DNA of 32,203 nt, counting the filler, from Intoshia linei (taxonomy: Eukaryota; Animalia; Orthonectida): assembly GCA_001642005.1 (NCBI GenBank). It is 2 parts of 2 records of this genome, joined end to end, with 100 filler letters (N's around TTAATTAATTAA, not from the genome) between each part and the next. Parts side by side here need not be neighbours in the genome. Positions count along the whole stretch, not along the records: positions 1 to 21,695 come from LWCA01000626.1; 1 more part is not named here. One strand, written 5' to 3'. Of the stretch, positions 1-11,590 are shown one piece after another (the stretch's first letter is position 1; each line of letters starts with the position of its first letter). Position numbers and translations under genes: made by a program. Below the pieces are notes generated by a model. The model saw only the letters and a program-made list of their open reading frames with translations. It was not told the origin of the DNA and ran no database searches.

Positions 1-439
1 GTAAGTGTAAAAACGATTTAGTAATTTTAATTCAAGACGATAAAACAAATAATTTAATTAAATAATCTATGGATTCTATCTATAGTGAACATATGTTTAC
101 TACAGTTAGAAATAAATTTATTTATTTTTTTGATTGATTTTAGTATATAAAATAATCTGATTTATTCGTGAAAAAATAAATTGTAAATTAACCGCATGAA
201 ATATTATTTATTGCTCATAAAACATCTTGTATACAAAATGTATAATGAAATAGTAAAAACTAATATTTTGATGTGATTCCGTCACTTCTTCAAAAATCAC
301 TAAATTTATTAATAATTTAACGAATATTAAACTTTTTACATTATTTCTATGAAAAATGTATAGTATGTTCCGTAATCGTATACGACACTAATTAGTAATT
401 AATATTAATAATAATAATTAATATTATTAAATTAAATTT

Positions 440-489
440 TTTCTCGGCACCCCTAGAAAATGTCGCGAGACACTGTTTAAGAAACACTG
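440..489. mobile_element. Solo terminus of a hAT (Charlie/Buster-type) element
   Basis: ...GTTTAAGAAACACTG is the reverse complement of CAGTGTTTCTTAAAC, the same TIR type as at 7039; no partner end seen. Confidence 0.45.
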
Positions 490-714
490 ATTTAAGACTT
501 ACTATAAAGTGGCCAGAAAAATACGTACTATTACTTTTAGTTTATTTGGAATAAATTTTAAGCCAAAAATTGTTATTCGTCATTAAAGATAAATAGTTTT
601 GGCTTTACATTTTACATAGTAATAATTTACGAATAACATGTTTAGTATATTAATAGTTATTACTGGTATTAATAAATGATATAATGTAGTAGGTATTTAT
701 TATATTTTATTTAG

Positions 715-2691
715 AATAATTGCATTGAACTTGAATGGCAACTAAATAGATTGAAAATTCAATTAAGACAAAAGGTATGTAAAAGTTTTTAATGTGGTTT
801 TAAACTGAAACATAACATAGTGGAGGGGTCCTCATCCTCGTTTCGGAGGGAATCATTTTCCCACGACATTATAAAATAGTTACCTCGATGAAATGTAAGT
901 TTTTATGAATTAAATTTCATTTTTAACCCATATACTCCCAGTGTGACCATATGGTCACACAACATTAAATTTATAAAAACACGTATCAAATTGAAACAAA
1001 GTTAATTAAATATGAAAAATTAAATTAATTAGTATATTATATAACATTCGAGTATATTAGTTATGAGTTTTCACCGATTAGCCTCCTGTGTCACTGACAG
1101 TGGGCGAAAATGATTTTTCAAAGAAAAAAAATTCACTGAAAAAATTTTTTATATTTTTTGTTAAAGTTGTGATAACTGAATTTAATGAATACCATATGAT
1201 GAATTCATGTATTGGCTACAATTTGATGAAATAATTAGGTATATTGACATGCGGTTTTATATATACACGCTTTTATTTGCCTTATTCTCCTAATGTGAAC
1301 ATATGGAATGTGAAATAACTCCATAACTACAATTGGTAATTACCTAAAATTATATATGGTGAAAAATAGGCAAGTATGTATTAACTTCCCAAATTTTTGG
1401 AACAATTTGCCTGGGAGTATGTGGGTTAATATCATATTGTCAAATTTATAATAAATTGTAATGTTAACTATAAATTCTAACAGATTAAAAATTATTGAAA
1501 AACTTTCCCAAAATATATTTTTAAAATTCTAAGACTTTTTTAATTTCAAAAATAAAAGGGTCATTTAGGTTTTTAACCCTGAAGGCCTCAATTTCTAACA
1601 ATAGAATTGTCTAAAAAACATCACACCCGAAAAACTGCACCATTAATTGGGTTTATTTAAATTCTATGACACGTACGTTTTATTTAAATGGTAACACTAG
1701 TGGCGGATCTAGGATTTTCAGCCAGAGGGGCGAAATACTTATTAGGGGGCTAAACGCATATAATGTATTTAAATTGGAATTTTTATATTTTGTTTATTAA
1801 TTGTTTCTATCTATAATAATAATTTTTTTTCTATATAAGTAAAAGTGGATTTTGGAATGATGGATATTGAAAAAATTTAAAATTAAAGACATTTTTTCAT
1901 AATGACTGAAACTCCAAACGTATGGTAACATATACATAAAACGTAAATGAATGGGTCTTAGAAAATTTTTTTAATTTTTCACAATGTTAAATACACAAAT
2001 TAAAATATTTTAGGGCACATTTGTTACGCCAGGGGGCGGCTGTCCCCCTGCCCCACCTAGACCCGCTACTGGGTAACACACACATATAAAATGTAGATTA
2101 TACCTTCGATTTTGCTAAATACGTTAATTTTTAATAAATAAAATAATAAATTTTAATAAATAATATGAATATTTTTAATAAAGTAATTTTAATATAAAAA
2201 CTTTTATCAATTGTATAATTATTAATTTGACACCAAACTAAAAATTTTTATAACTTTTTTATAATAATTGGAACATGCCTTACATAAAGTTCAAACATTT
2301 ATTTATTTTAATTAATTTACTAAATATTTTTTAGGATGAAGAATTTGACGAACAAAAGGAATTATTGGAAAAATTGAAAAATGAACGTAATAATTTATCT
2401 GAAGTAGTAAGACAAGAATGGGCGGATCGTTTAATTTCATTGGAACATGAAATTGAAGAATTAAAATCTTCGAAATGTGAATTGATCGCCAAAATTAACC
2501 AAATGAAAATGAATTATGAAGCAAAAATTGAAAAAATTGAAAATGATCAAAATGTTGAAATTAGTGAAATTAATGACCGAGTTAAAGAAGGGATTATAGA
2601 AAAAAATATGGTGATTAAAAATATGAAGAATGAATATAATACCCTCTTGAAACGTACAGAATATTTTGAATCTTGCTCTTATAAAAATTAA
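715..2691 (+). CDS. CEP131: Centrosomal protein CEP131/AZI1, last two coding exons (715-774, 2335-2691); gene begins upstream of the window
   Basis: AG/GT-bounded phase-0 exons give NNCIELEWQLNRLKIQLRQK + DEEFDEQKELLEKLKNERNNLSEVVRQEWADRL...EINDRVKEGIIEKN...LLKRTEYFE*. This matches the recalled CEP131 C-terminal coiled coil (RQKE...ERSNLAQVIRQEFEDRL...EVHRRVKTALARKE...AVKRADHLE). The window opens on a GTAAGT donor. Confidence 0.85.
927..1425. mobile_element. piggyBac-type MITE in a CEP131 intron
   Basis: TTAA at 923-926 and 1426-1429; TIRs CCCATATACTCCCAG / CTGGGAGTATGTGGG (1 mismatch in 15); perfect palindrome GTGTGACCATATGGTCACAC at 941-960. Confidence 0.85.
1698..2071. mobile_element. hAT-type MITE in a CEP131 intron
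   Basis: Perfect 8-bp TSD GGTAACAC (1690-1697, 2072-2079); TIRs TAGTGGCGGATCTAG / CTAGACCCGCTACTG (3 mismatches in 15); GC-rich subterminal GGGGGC motifs. Confidence 0.85.
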
Positions 2692-3247
2692 TAAATTAAA
2701 AAATGTTATTTTTATTTTTAATAAAATTATATTTCTAAAGAAAACTATAGGTTCATAATGACGACCCTAGATTAACTTGTCAAGACTTCTAATTTTTTTC
2801 AATTTTGTATTTCCTTCGATTCAAATATTTTATTTTTTTTTACATAAGCCTTATACATTATTTGAAAATTAAACTCTGTACCTCAAAAGCTCTTAAATAC
2901 ACAAATGTACAGTTGTGAATAAACTTTTAATAGATTGATGGAATTAGTTATTTAATTTTTTTAATGTTTTTTTCATTTAGTAATGAATTTTGAAATTTAC
3001 CAATATCATTCAATGAAATGTTATATAATCAAATTTACAAGTTAATAAAATTAAGACTAAAAAATTTAGGTTAGCAATTAAAAAATTGAATATTAAATTA
3101 TAAAACGTACAAAATCATGTATAAATTCAATCGTTTTAATCTAGGTTTTAAAATTAAAGTGAAACGTGTTAGTATTCCAGTTAATTTTAAATTTTTGAAA
3201 ATTTATTATTTTGAGATATTTAATTTAAGCTGCTAGTGGAATTGAAA

Positions 3248-4255
3248 ATGGAAAATTACTCTACTGAAAATGTATTTATAATATTTAATTTTATTGTCAT
3301 ACATGTAGTTTTTGGTGTATACAAAAATTTAGGAAAAATCAAAGGAAAGTATAATTATTGATCAATTTAATCAAAAATGTAATACTCGATGCTTTTCAGG
3401 TTTGTATATTTATTAAATTTTATTTTTACCCAAACTTGAATCATTTTTATATTTTTTTGTATAATTCAATTTCAGGTGATTTCTTTTACAAAAATTGAAT
3501 TTATTTTTTATAATTATGTATATATTTTACTTTTGAAACTACTGTATTGAATTGAGAGCAACATTACAACGCACAACATAAGTAAAGTTTGTAAAACCAG
3601 TTGTCTTCAAGAACGTTGTGTAGTCTGTGTTTAAAAGTTAATTTTTTCATATTTGTAATTTTTTTATATTTAAGTGCATTTTTAATTTTATTTTCCATTG
3701 ATCGCACCGTCCATAAATTTTGTGTTAAAATTTTTAATCCATTTTTAAATTGACTTTAGAATTTATACTTGAAATATACTATTGGTAAATTTAATTTTTG
3801 AATAACTAAAAATTTTTTGAAATCCTTCCAGCTATTTGAGTGAAAAAATGTAAGTTTATCAAATCAGATGGCGTTACGTTAGAAAATATTGTTTGATATG
3901 AGCAATGTACATTGTACAAGTCAGTTCATCTTAACCAAAAACAAAAATTTGATTAATGGTTAATCTGTTCCATAGGGTTGAAATTGGTAAATAAATATTT
4001 TAATGTATACTAGAGCCGACATTAATACAAGAATCGAATATTACTTCAAGAAAAAAATCAAACGATTTCACAAATAATTTACAAACATTGAATGATATAC
4101 AAGATTCAAAAACATTTGAAAATGACACGAATTCAATGACAATCTTTAAAAATATAGATATAGAAGATGTAATTTTAATTTTAATAATAATATTTTAATA
4201 CTTACATTATTGTTAATAGTTTGACTGTTACGTACTTCATACGAATATTAGCTAG
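3248..4255 (+). CDS. Possible small orphan gene built from micro-exons
   Basis: Phase-consistent GT-AG chain 3248-3271, 3333-3399, 3760-3784, 3832-3849, 3976-3986, 4014-4168, 4220-4255 giving about 111 aa (MENYSTENEKSKESIIIDQFNQKCNTRCFSEFILEIYYCYLSEKMVEIEPTLIQES...). No homology recognised; one intron is only 27 nt. Confidence 0.3.
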
Positions 4256-5093
4256 GCATGCCAAGGACGGAATTTTTAATTATAGAACCGATTTTTTTCA
4301 TTGATGATGAACTATGTGTATAATAGGGTATCCACTTTTGAATTTTTTTTATTAGAAAATCATTTTGCATATGGATTTATCATGCTTTGTGGATATTTAA
4401 ATTTTTTTTTCTAGCTCATTTATTTTGGTTTTTAAAAATGTTTGAATTCCTCATTATTAACCACAAAAATATTCATAAAAGTTATTATAAATCGTTAAAC
4501 ATACAATTTTAGTTATTATACTTAATATAAGTTGGGTAATGTATATTAAGTTACATAAGGTTATAGATGTATATGTTTGTTTTCAATTATGAGGTTGATG
4601 ATTTGTGAATAGATATCACACTTTTCAAAGTAATGAACAATGTCATAAGAACCATATCAATGACATATTAATTAACTGCAAAATTCAAACTCAGTATTTT
4701 TAAGTATTTACATCATAATTAATTAATTATATAACGTATATATTTATAACATTATAATATTTTGTTATATTTATATATCTATATATTTCTTTCTAAAATT
4801 GAAGTAACCAGCATTGACTGAATCATACATGTATAAATTTTTACTATTAAGATATCCAGGAGGTATAAATGATTATTTAGTTTAATTTTAGTTGCTAAAA
4901 GAAAGAAATAAATGGAGAGAGAAATGCTTAAAATTGACTAAATTTTTAGAGAAAACTAATTATACTTTTGATAAAAAAATATCCATGTTGGAATTTCGGT
5001 AATTATAATAAAGATTTCTAAGTTTAGAACTTTAAGTTAGGTTTAAGTTAGAAGTTAAGTTCAAAACCTATCGTAATTTTGAATTTATTATAT

Positions 5094-5094
<1 letters not shown>

Positions 5095-5126
<32 letters not shown>
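5095..5126. repeat. (AAT)n microsatellite
   Basis: Uninterrupted run of about 10-11 AAT units. Confidence 0.9.
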
Positions 5127-5128
<2 letters not shown>

Positions 5129-5299
5129 ACTATAATATAATATGTTGTTGTATTATTAAAAATATATATTATATACAATTTAAAAGGGTGAATACCATGG
5201 GTATTCCTTTTACATCCCTTTTTTTAAATTTTAGAATTTTAATGACGTATATAGCAGATTATGTGTATTTTTGAAAAAATATGAATCCGATGAACTAAG

Positions 5300-5893
5300 T
5301 TTGTCATTTTCAATTTTTATTTTAATCGAAATATTTGAAAAATATTGGTTAATAATATATTAAACATTATTTTTCATCGGGAATGCGTACATTTCTCGAG
5401 TTGAACTTTTGTATTTATATCAACTGGAATAAGCTCTATCAGAATAATTTTTTTTTTAATTTTCGGACCGTTTATTATTTCACATATTTTGTTTTAATAA
5501 AATATTTCGGAAAAAAAATATATGAATACTAAAATGCTTTTTTGACCGTGAAGTCGTCCACTTATTCGTATTGAAATTTTTTGTGTGTGTTAACAGGATA
5601 CAACTGTACCACCTGTAAATTTATGATAGTGTTTATGATTTTCAAATCCGTACCAGCGTATATATTTTTTTAAATTCCTCAATTCGTTTGATTTTCAAAA
5701 AAAACAAACAATTTGGGTTTTTGACCAGTTAGATGTGAGTTTGGGAAGTTGAAATTTATTTTGCGAACACCCCCGGAAAAAAACTGTATTTGAAATGTGG
5801 AGTTTATAAAATTTTAAGAAGGGTAGTTATTTAAATAAAGTGGAACACACACACACAAAACAAAATCGCGTATCACATTATATAAGTAAGGAT
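5300..5893 (+). mobile_element. Copy of a modular dispersed repeat (Lep1/Helitron-like non-autonomous element)
   Basis: Core TATATCAACTGGAATAAGCTCTATCAGAATAAT shared with copies near 14270, 18020-18100 (rc), 21045, 21420 and 23170; ends in a (CA)n tract then ...ATTATATAAGTAAGGAT. Repeat status is clear; classification is inferred; boundaries approximate. Confidence 0.7.
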
Positions 5894-6458
5894 GACAAAA
5901 TATGTTTTCGACACGCATATTATTAAGATCTAAATATTTTTTTTAATATTGAAATTTACAAGTGATTAAATCTGATTTCTTTTGATTTTTTATTGTTTAG
6001 ATTATAGTTTTTTCTATTGTTTTAGCATCTTTAATTGATTTACCCCGTTTGATTGTATATTATTTTTAAATTAATTAATAGCGCATTTATTTTGGGTTTT
6101 AAAGACGTTTGAATTCCTTATAATTTAAATTCAAATTTTTCATCGCAATATGGCAGTTGTATCCAAAATCGTGACGAGAGAAATTATATTGATAGGTTTT
6201 ATTAAGTACTAGCTTGTCTGTTTGGTACTTACTGCAAACTGTACGTATCTCTACCGAGGGCGGATGTTTTTATTACTGTTCTGCAATTTTATCCGTTCCA
6301 CAATCAAAATAAGTACCTTTGGATGGTGCAAATCGTAATTCGGACCGTATTGCAGAAATTTAGTTTGTATAAATATTTTTTGACAGTTGGCGACATCTAT
6401 TATATTATCTATTCTTTTGTTGGAATGATTTGGGACATCTCATATATAAATTTATATA

Positions 6459-6795
6459 CAGTGGTCGCTCCTTAAATTGAAAAGTATCTAAATACACTCA
6501 GCGATCACTTTACATGGTAAGAATATACATTCCCGCTCTTGAACATGAACACAATTTATTGTGATTTTTCTCATAAATTTGTTGTAATTTAATTAACTTT
6601 CTATATAATTTAAAAAATTTATAAGAAAATGTGAATTCTTCAATTTGAACAATTCATTTATTTCAAAATTTTGATTTTTCTCATAAATTACACAATAAAT
6701 ATAGTATGAAATAATTAACTACAGTGTTCAATCTCTAAATCTTGAACACCATCCATTTTTTTGCAGTTAGTGTTCAATTTAGAGAGCGATCACTG
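6459..6795. mobile_element. Tc1/mariner-superfamily (pogo/Tigger-like) MITE
   Basis: TA on both sides; TIRs CAGTGGTCGCTCCTTAAATTGAA / rc CAGTGATCGCTCTCTAAATTGAA. Confidence 0.8.
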
Positions 6796-7038
6796 TATAC
6801 TCATAAATTTACTGAACGGTATGTAGCTAACAGACTACCTATTGCACATGTATATTGTAGAGTTTACATAAATCTTACTTATGAATACAATGTAATTCTA
6901 ATCATTATAACCAAACCATTATAATGGATGGAAATTTCGTGTTAAATGGTTGCGGCATTGTCAAATTGTAAACTTAATTGGACTTCATGTTGCATATATG
7001 CTTACATATATTGCATATAATATGCATAATGTCTAAAC

Positions 7039-7324
7039 CAGTGTTTCTCAACCTTTTTTACTGCTCGGAACCCTTATGAAATTTCAAAAAATCGCGGTAC
7101 CTAAAAGCATGATCAAAAATTTTTCATCGCATGAAACAATATGATTTTTAATTAAAAAATTAATAACACACGGAATTTAGCCGGTAAAACCAGTTGCCTC
7201 CCTCACACAATGAAGAAGCATCCAGGCCCGTGAGAGATAACTTTTTAGTTAAATATCATTATAAAGAGGTAAGTAACTTATTTAAACCCCTGAGTTCCGC
7301 GGAAATCAGGGTTGAGAACCACTT
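7039..7324. mobile_element. hAT Charlie/Buster-type MITE
   Basis: TIRs CAGTGTTTCTCAACC / GGTTGAGAACCACT(T); 8-bp TSD GTCTAAAC / TTCTAAAC with the central TA typical of Buster-type targets. Confidence 0.8.
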
Positions 7325-8849
7325 TTCTAAACTTTTATTCGTGTGCCCAATAAGAGTATATTTAGTAAGAGTTTACCAATAAGTTTAATGTTTGTACGGT
7401 AGTGTTTTCAAATGATATTCCTTCATTATAAATTGGGCAATGATAAACTGGTGTATAAACTTTTTTACTTTTTTTATATAGAGTCACTTAGAGTTTTATC
7501 AAAAGTCATTTGCCATATAAGGTTGATAAAATGGTCGCTTTCTTCAATGTTTTCTCAAACTTTTTAACTAAAATATTTGTCAAATTAAATACGTTCTTTA
7601 GAATTTTGGTAATTTGAATTTTAACTTATATTTAATTCTCGGTAAAATTTTGTGGACAAATTGGAATATTTGATTTTAAAAATTATACAAACGAATATAG
7701 AAACTATAGTTCTGCACCCGTGTCCGAACCAAAATCTGAAGTGCGTGATTAAATAATGTTGCAGAGTTTTTCGTGTTTTTGATTTTCGTGTCTACTTGTA
7801 TTTTAAGTGAATATTATTGAACAATTACATAATTATAAACGTCCGCCCTGGTATAAGTAAAACTATAAAATGTATATTGTTTGTAAGCAGTGCAAAACAT
7901 GCAAGCTAGTGAAATTATATCTAAAAATATGAAATTAAATCATTTTCACACAGATACAAACAAAAATTAAAGCAATATAGAGAGTTTAGCTGGATAAAAG
8001 AAAAATTAATAAAAGACGAAATTATAGACAAATATTTTGGAAACACAAAAAACCTTAAAAGCACCACATATTCTCAAAATAACACATTCCTCGACCAAAA
8101 GGTTGTTAATTGCAAGTTGATAATAGCTAGTTTAAGTTTAAATATGATAATTAACATTATAAAGATTTTTATTAAATATATTTTTGGATAAGTACTTACT
8201 AGAGTTCTACAACAAGATTTTAATAACGATTTGAAGTTCGTATTCATATCGTGTTTTGACCGACAATTTTAGCTTGGATCGTATTTAAAAACACTATTCG
8301 TGTAGTAGCCAGTATCTATCGTCCATGATTTTGTTTGGCATCAACCTGGAGTTAACGATATGCAATTTTACTACGAAATTAATATAATTAATTGTATATG
8401 ATCATATTATAAGGCGTTTCTACCATGTAACTAATATCTCATTTCGGGATTATCGAGAAAAATAACACTCAGAAAACATTTTTTATGGGTCAAACCATAT
8501 AATAACTTAATGATACTATTTAGATTCAACAATTTAATCAATTGAAAAAAATAAAGAGCTTACATTATAAAGAAGAATTTGAAATCATAAAATGTTTTAT
8601 ATATGAACTATAAATGGATGAAATGACTTAATCAATTATTAATTTTATTTTAAAATTTGGATATTATAAAATTAATTAAAATTATTATATTATGAAGAAG
8701 AACTTAAAAAAATCGAGTGATATAGTGTAAATTTTACACTATAAAACAAAGAAACTGAGATTCTGTTTAGTAATATGGAAAGAGTAATTTGGTGTGTTGG
8801 CCATGAATATATGTTTTTTTAAATTTTATGCATGATTTTATTTAAAAGA

Positions 8850-9730
8850 AAAAAGGGGAAATTGAGTTTTCAACTCTGAAAGACTCAATTTCGGGAAATG
8901 AAATTTTGACACTTCATTATTCTTGCAAACCGTATTATAAAACTACTTGAAAAAAATGTATTAAATTTGGATTTTTTTTAATTCTATGGTTGTCAATTTT
9001 TCAATAAAACGGTAAAAGACACTAACATAAACACACTTACAGACTTTCAATTTTGATAGTAGGTGAAGTCTCGAGTAAATACAATATCATGTAATATAAA
9101 CATTATTTATAATCAACATATTTAATACCAAACTGTCAAAATAAATTTTTTATAATAAATTAAAATTAAATAAATTCAGAATATTTTTTAAGATTTTTTT
9201 AACAAAAGCCTAAAAATTAAAATAAAACATACTGAAAATTCCCCTTCAAAGTTGTTAGTAAAATATAAATTTGATATCTAATAATATATTCACGTCTAGA
9301 CATATTTTGATTATAAAAGTGCTTTTTTGACCGTGAAGACGTCACTTTGTCAGATAAAAAAATTTTGAGTGTTTTCGAAAATAATTGGGTGAAAATTAAT
9401 TTTTTTTTTTTAATTCTAGGACTATTTTGATTTTTTAAAAAAACGGTAATTTTGGGTTTTGGCCTTAAAAATATACGTTTTTGATATTAAAATTTATTAT
9501 AATGTTTATGATTTTAAAATCTGTATCAAAGTGTATATTTTTTTAAATTCTGGGCCTCGTTTGATTTTTAAAAAAAAGACAATTAAGGTTTTGACCTAGA
9601 AGATGTAAGTTTCTGAGATTGAAATGTATCATACTTTCTCCCTGTAAAAACCTGACTTAGAATTTGTGTTTTTAAAATTCTAGAACTCTTCTTTAGTCAA
9701 ATAAACATCAGACATAGACAGACAGACAAT
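8850..9730 (+). repeat. Partial copies of the modular dispersed repeat
   Basis: CTGAAAGACTCAATTTC, TTTTTGACCGTGAAG and GGTAATTTTGGGTTTTGGCC modules and ACAGAC tails as in the other copies; boundaries approximate. Confidence 0.6.
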
Positions 9731-9819
9731 TAATAATGAATAACAAATTAAGATGCATAACATATATTGCATGTACCACTGCACAATAGTTCAAATATAG
9801 ATAAAGACAAGTGTATATA

Positions 9820-11202
9820 CAGTGCGCGATACTTGAATAGGGACAAAAAGTTTTTTTAGATTACAAGAAATAAAATAGATTAAGTTAAAATAAATATAGA
9901 CACAAACATGAATTAATGATATATTGAGACAATACAATAATATTGTCGTTGCATAGCAACTTAGTTACATAATAATATGTAAAATATGAAAATAAGTGTA
10001 TTTTTACCTTGAATAGACACTTGAATAGGGACAATTATTTAAAATATTAATAATTAACAGATAAACAATGGGTCGAGGAAAAAGACTAACCAAGTTTAAA
10101 ATGTGTAAAGCTGAAAGTCTCCTCGCAACTGGAAAAAGTATTAGGTATATTGCATTTATATTAAATAGGAGTAAATCCGTAATTTTTAACTACTCAAAAT
10201 CAAAGTCTATCTACGGCAAAATAATAAAGGTAGGACAAAAATGGCAATCAGTAAGAGTGATGTTCGACGATTGTTACGCCATAGTAGTAACAATAAAGGT
10301 GAATCAGCGGCACAATTAAAGTAAAATATGAATTGAATAGCATCAAAAAGAACAATCCAACTTAATTTGAAAAAAAATGGTAGAATTAACTCCAAAAATA
10401 AAGTTTTGCCTAGGTTACTAAAACTCCATAAAGTGTGCGATTAGATTTTGCTAAAAAATATCACATGTGGTGAGAGGAATGGCGAAATGTCATCTTTTCC
10501 GTTGAAAAGAAATTTAATCTGGATGGTCCTGATGGATTGCAGTATTATTGGCATGATATTAAAAAGGATGATGCATTGTTTTCCACTCGTGCACATGGAG
10601 GCGGTTTAATAATGGGCGCGTTCGGTTATAACGGAAAGGTAAATTTAGAAGTAATTAATGGACGTTTAAATTCAAGTGGATACATAAAAATGTTAAAAAA
10701 ATCGAATCTTAAACATATCGGTTCTACAATTGGAGGATCAAGTTGGATATTTCAGCAAGATAACGCACCAATACACGTTTCCAAAATATCCAAAAGTTGG
10801 TTTGAAAATAATAATATAAATGTTCTAAATTGGCCCTCTCTATCTCCTGACCTAAACCCTATAGAGAATATATGGGGCATTCTTGCACGTCAGGTTTATA
10901 AAAATGAAAAACAATGATTCCGTACAAGACTTGAAAATAGGCATTATTTCTGCATGGAATTAAATGTTTTTCAAAGAGTAGTGAACTCTATGCTTAACAG
11001 AATGTTTGAACTAGCATAATCCAAATGGAAAAAAATACCATATTAAAGATTTTCTGAATTAACAATTTTAATGAACCACATTGTTGGCCTTAACCATCTA
11101 GTTAAATTTCAGTTTGTAAAATTAAATTATTATTATTATTTAGTTAAATATTTGTATACTTAACTGTTTTTATTTTTTTCCCTATTCAAGTGACGAGCAC
11201 AG
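9820..11202 (+). mobile_element. Tc3-like (Tc1/mariner, DD34E) transposon, defective
   Basis: TA TSD; TIRs CAGTGCGCGATACTTGAATAGGG / rc CTGTGCTCGTCACTTGAATAGGG; internal copy of ACTTGAATAGGGACAA at 10019-10034. Confidence 0.92.
10068..11046 (+). pseudogene. Tc3-type transposase pseudogene
   Basis: MGRGKRLT HTH start; FS(V)EKKFNLDGPDGLQYYWHD (Tc3 signature, first catalytic D mutated to V); FQQDNAPIH...WPSLSPDLNPIENIWG with D-34-E spacing; several frameshifts and stops. Confidence 0.9.
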
Positions 11203-11590
11203 TATAAGTGAACAACAACATGTACTATTTTATAAGTTTATTATTATTATGAAGATTTAGTATGATCTGAATAGTCAGTACACCTGATCATCCTTGATGA
11301 AACTTGAAGGTGATTTAATAGGCGTAATAATAAAATTAAATTAAAACTAATTTACAATAAATTTAAATTTAATATTCAATGTACAATTTCTTGTATTATT
11401 ACTAGCTAAATTATAAAACTACAAATACAATTATTGCTATCATAAATCTTTAACGACAAAGATGTGTAAAATTTGATTTGTAATTTAAAATTAAATGTAG
11501 ATTTATGACTCAAACATGTGTTATAAACGAATATAAACTGATCCAATAATCAATAATATATAATATTTTAAAAATTAATATAATTTTATT

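Noticed and set aside
5018-5061. TTAAG/TTAGG run as an interstitial telomeric repeat
   Set aside because: Short and irregular, with only one exact TTAGG.
6742-7382. ORFs 6742-6924 and 7194-7382
   Set aside because: They start inside MITEs and cross their boundaries; no motif or splice support.
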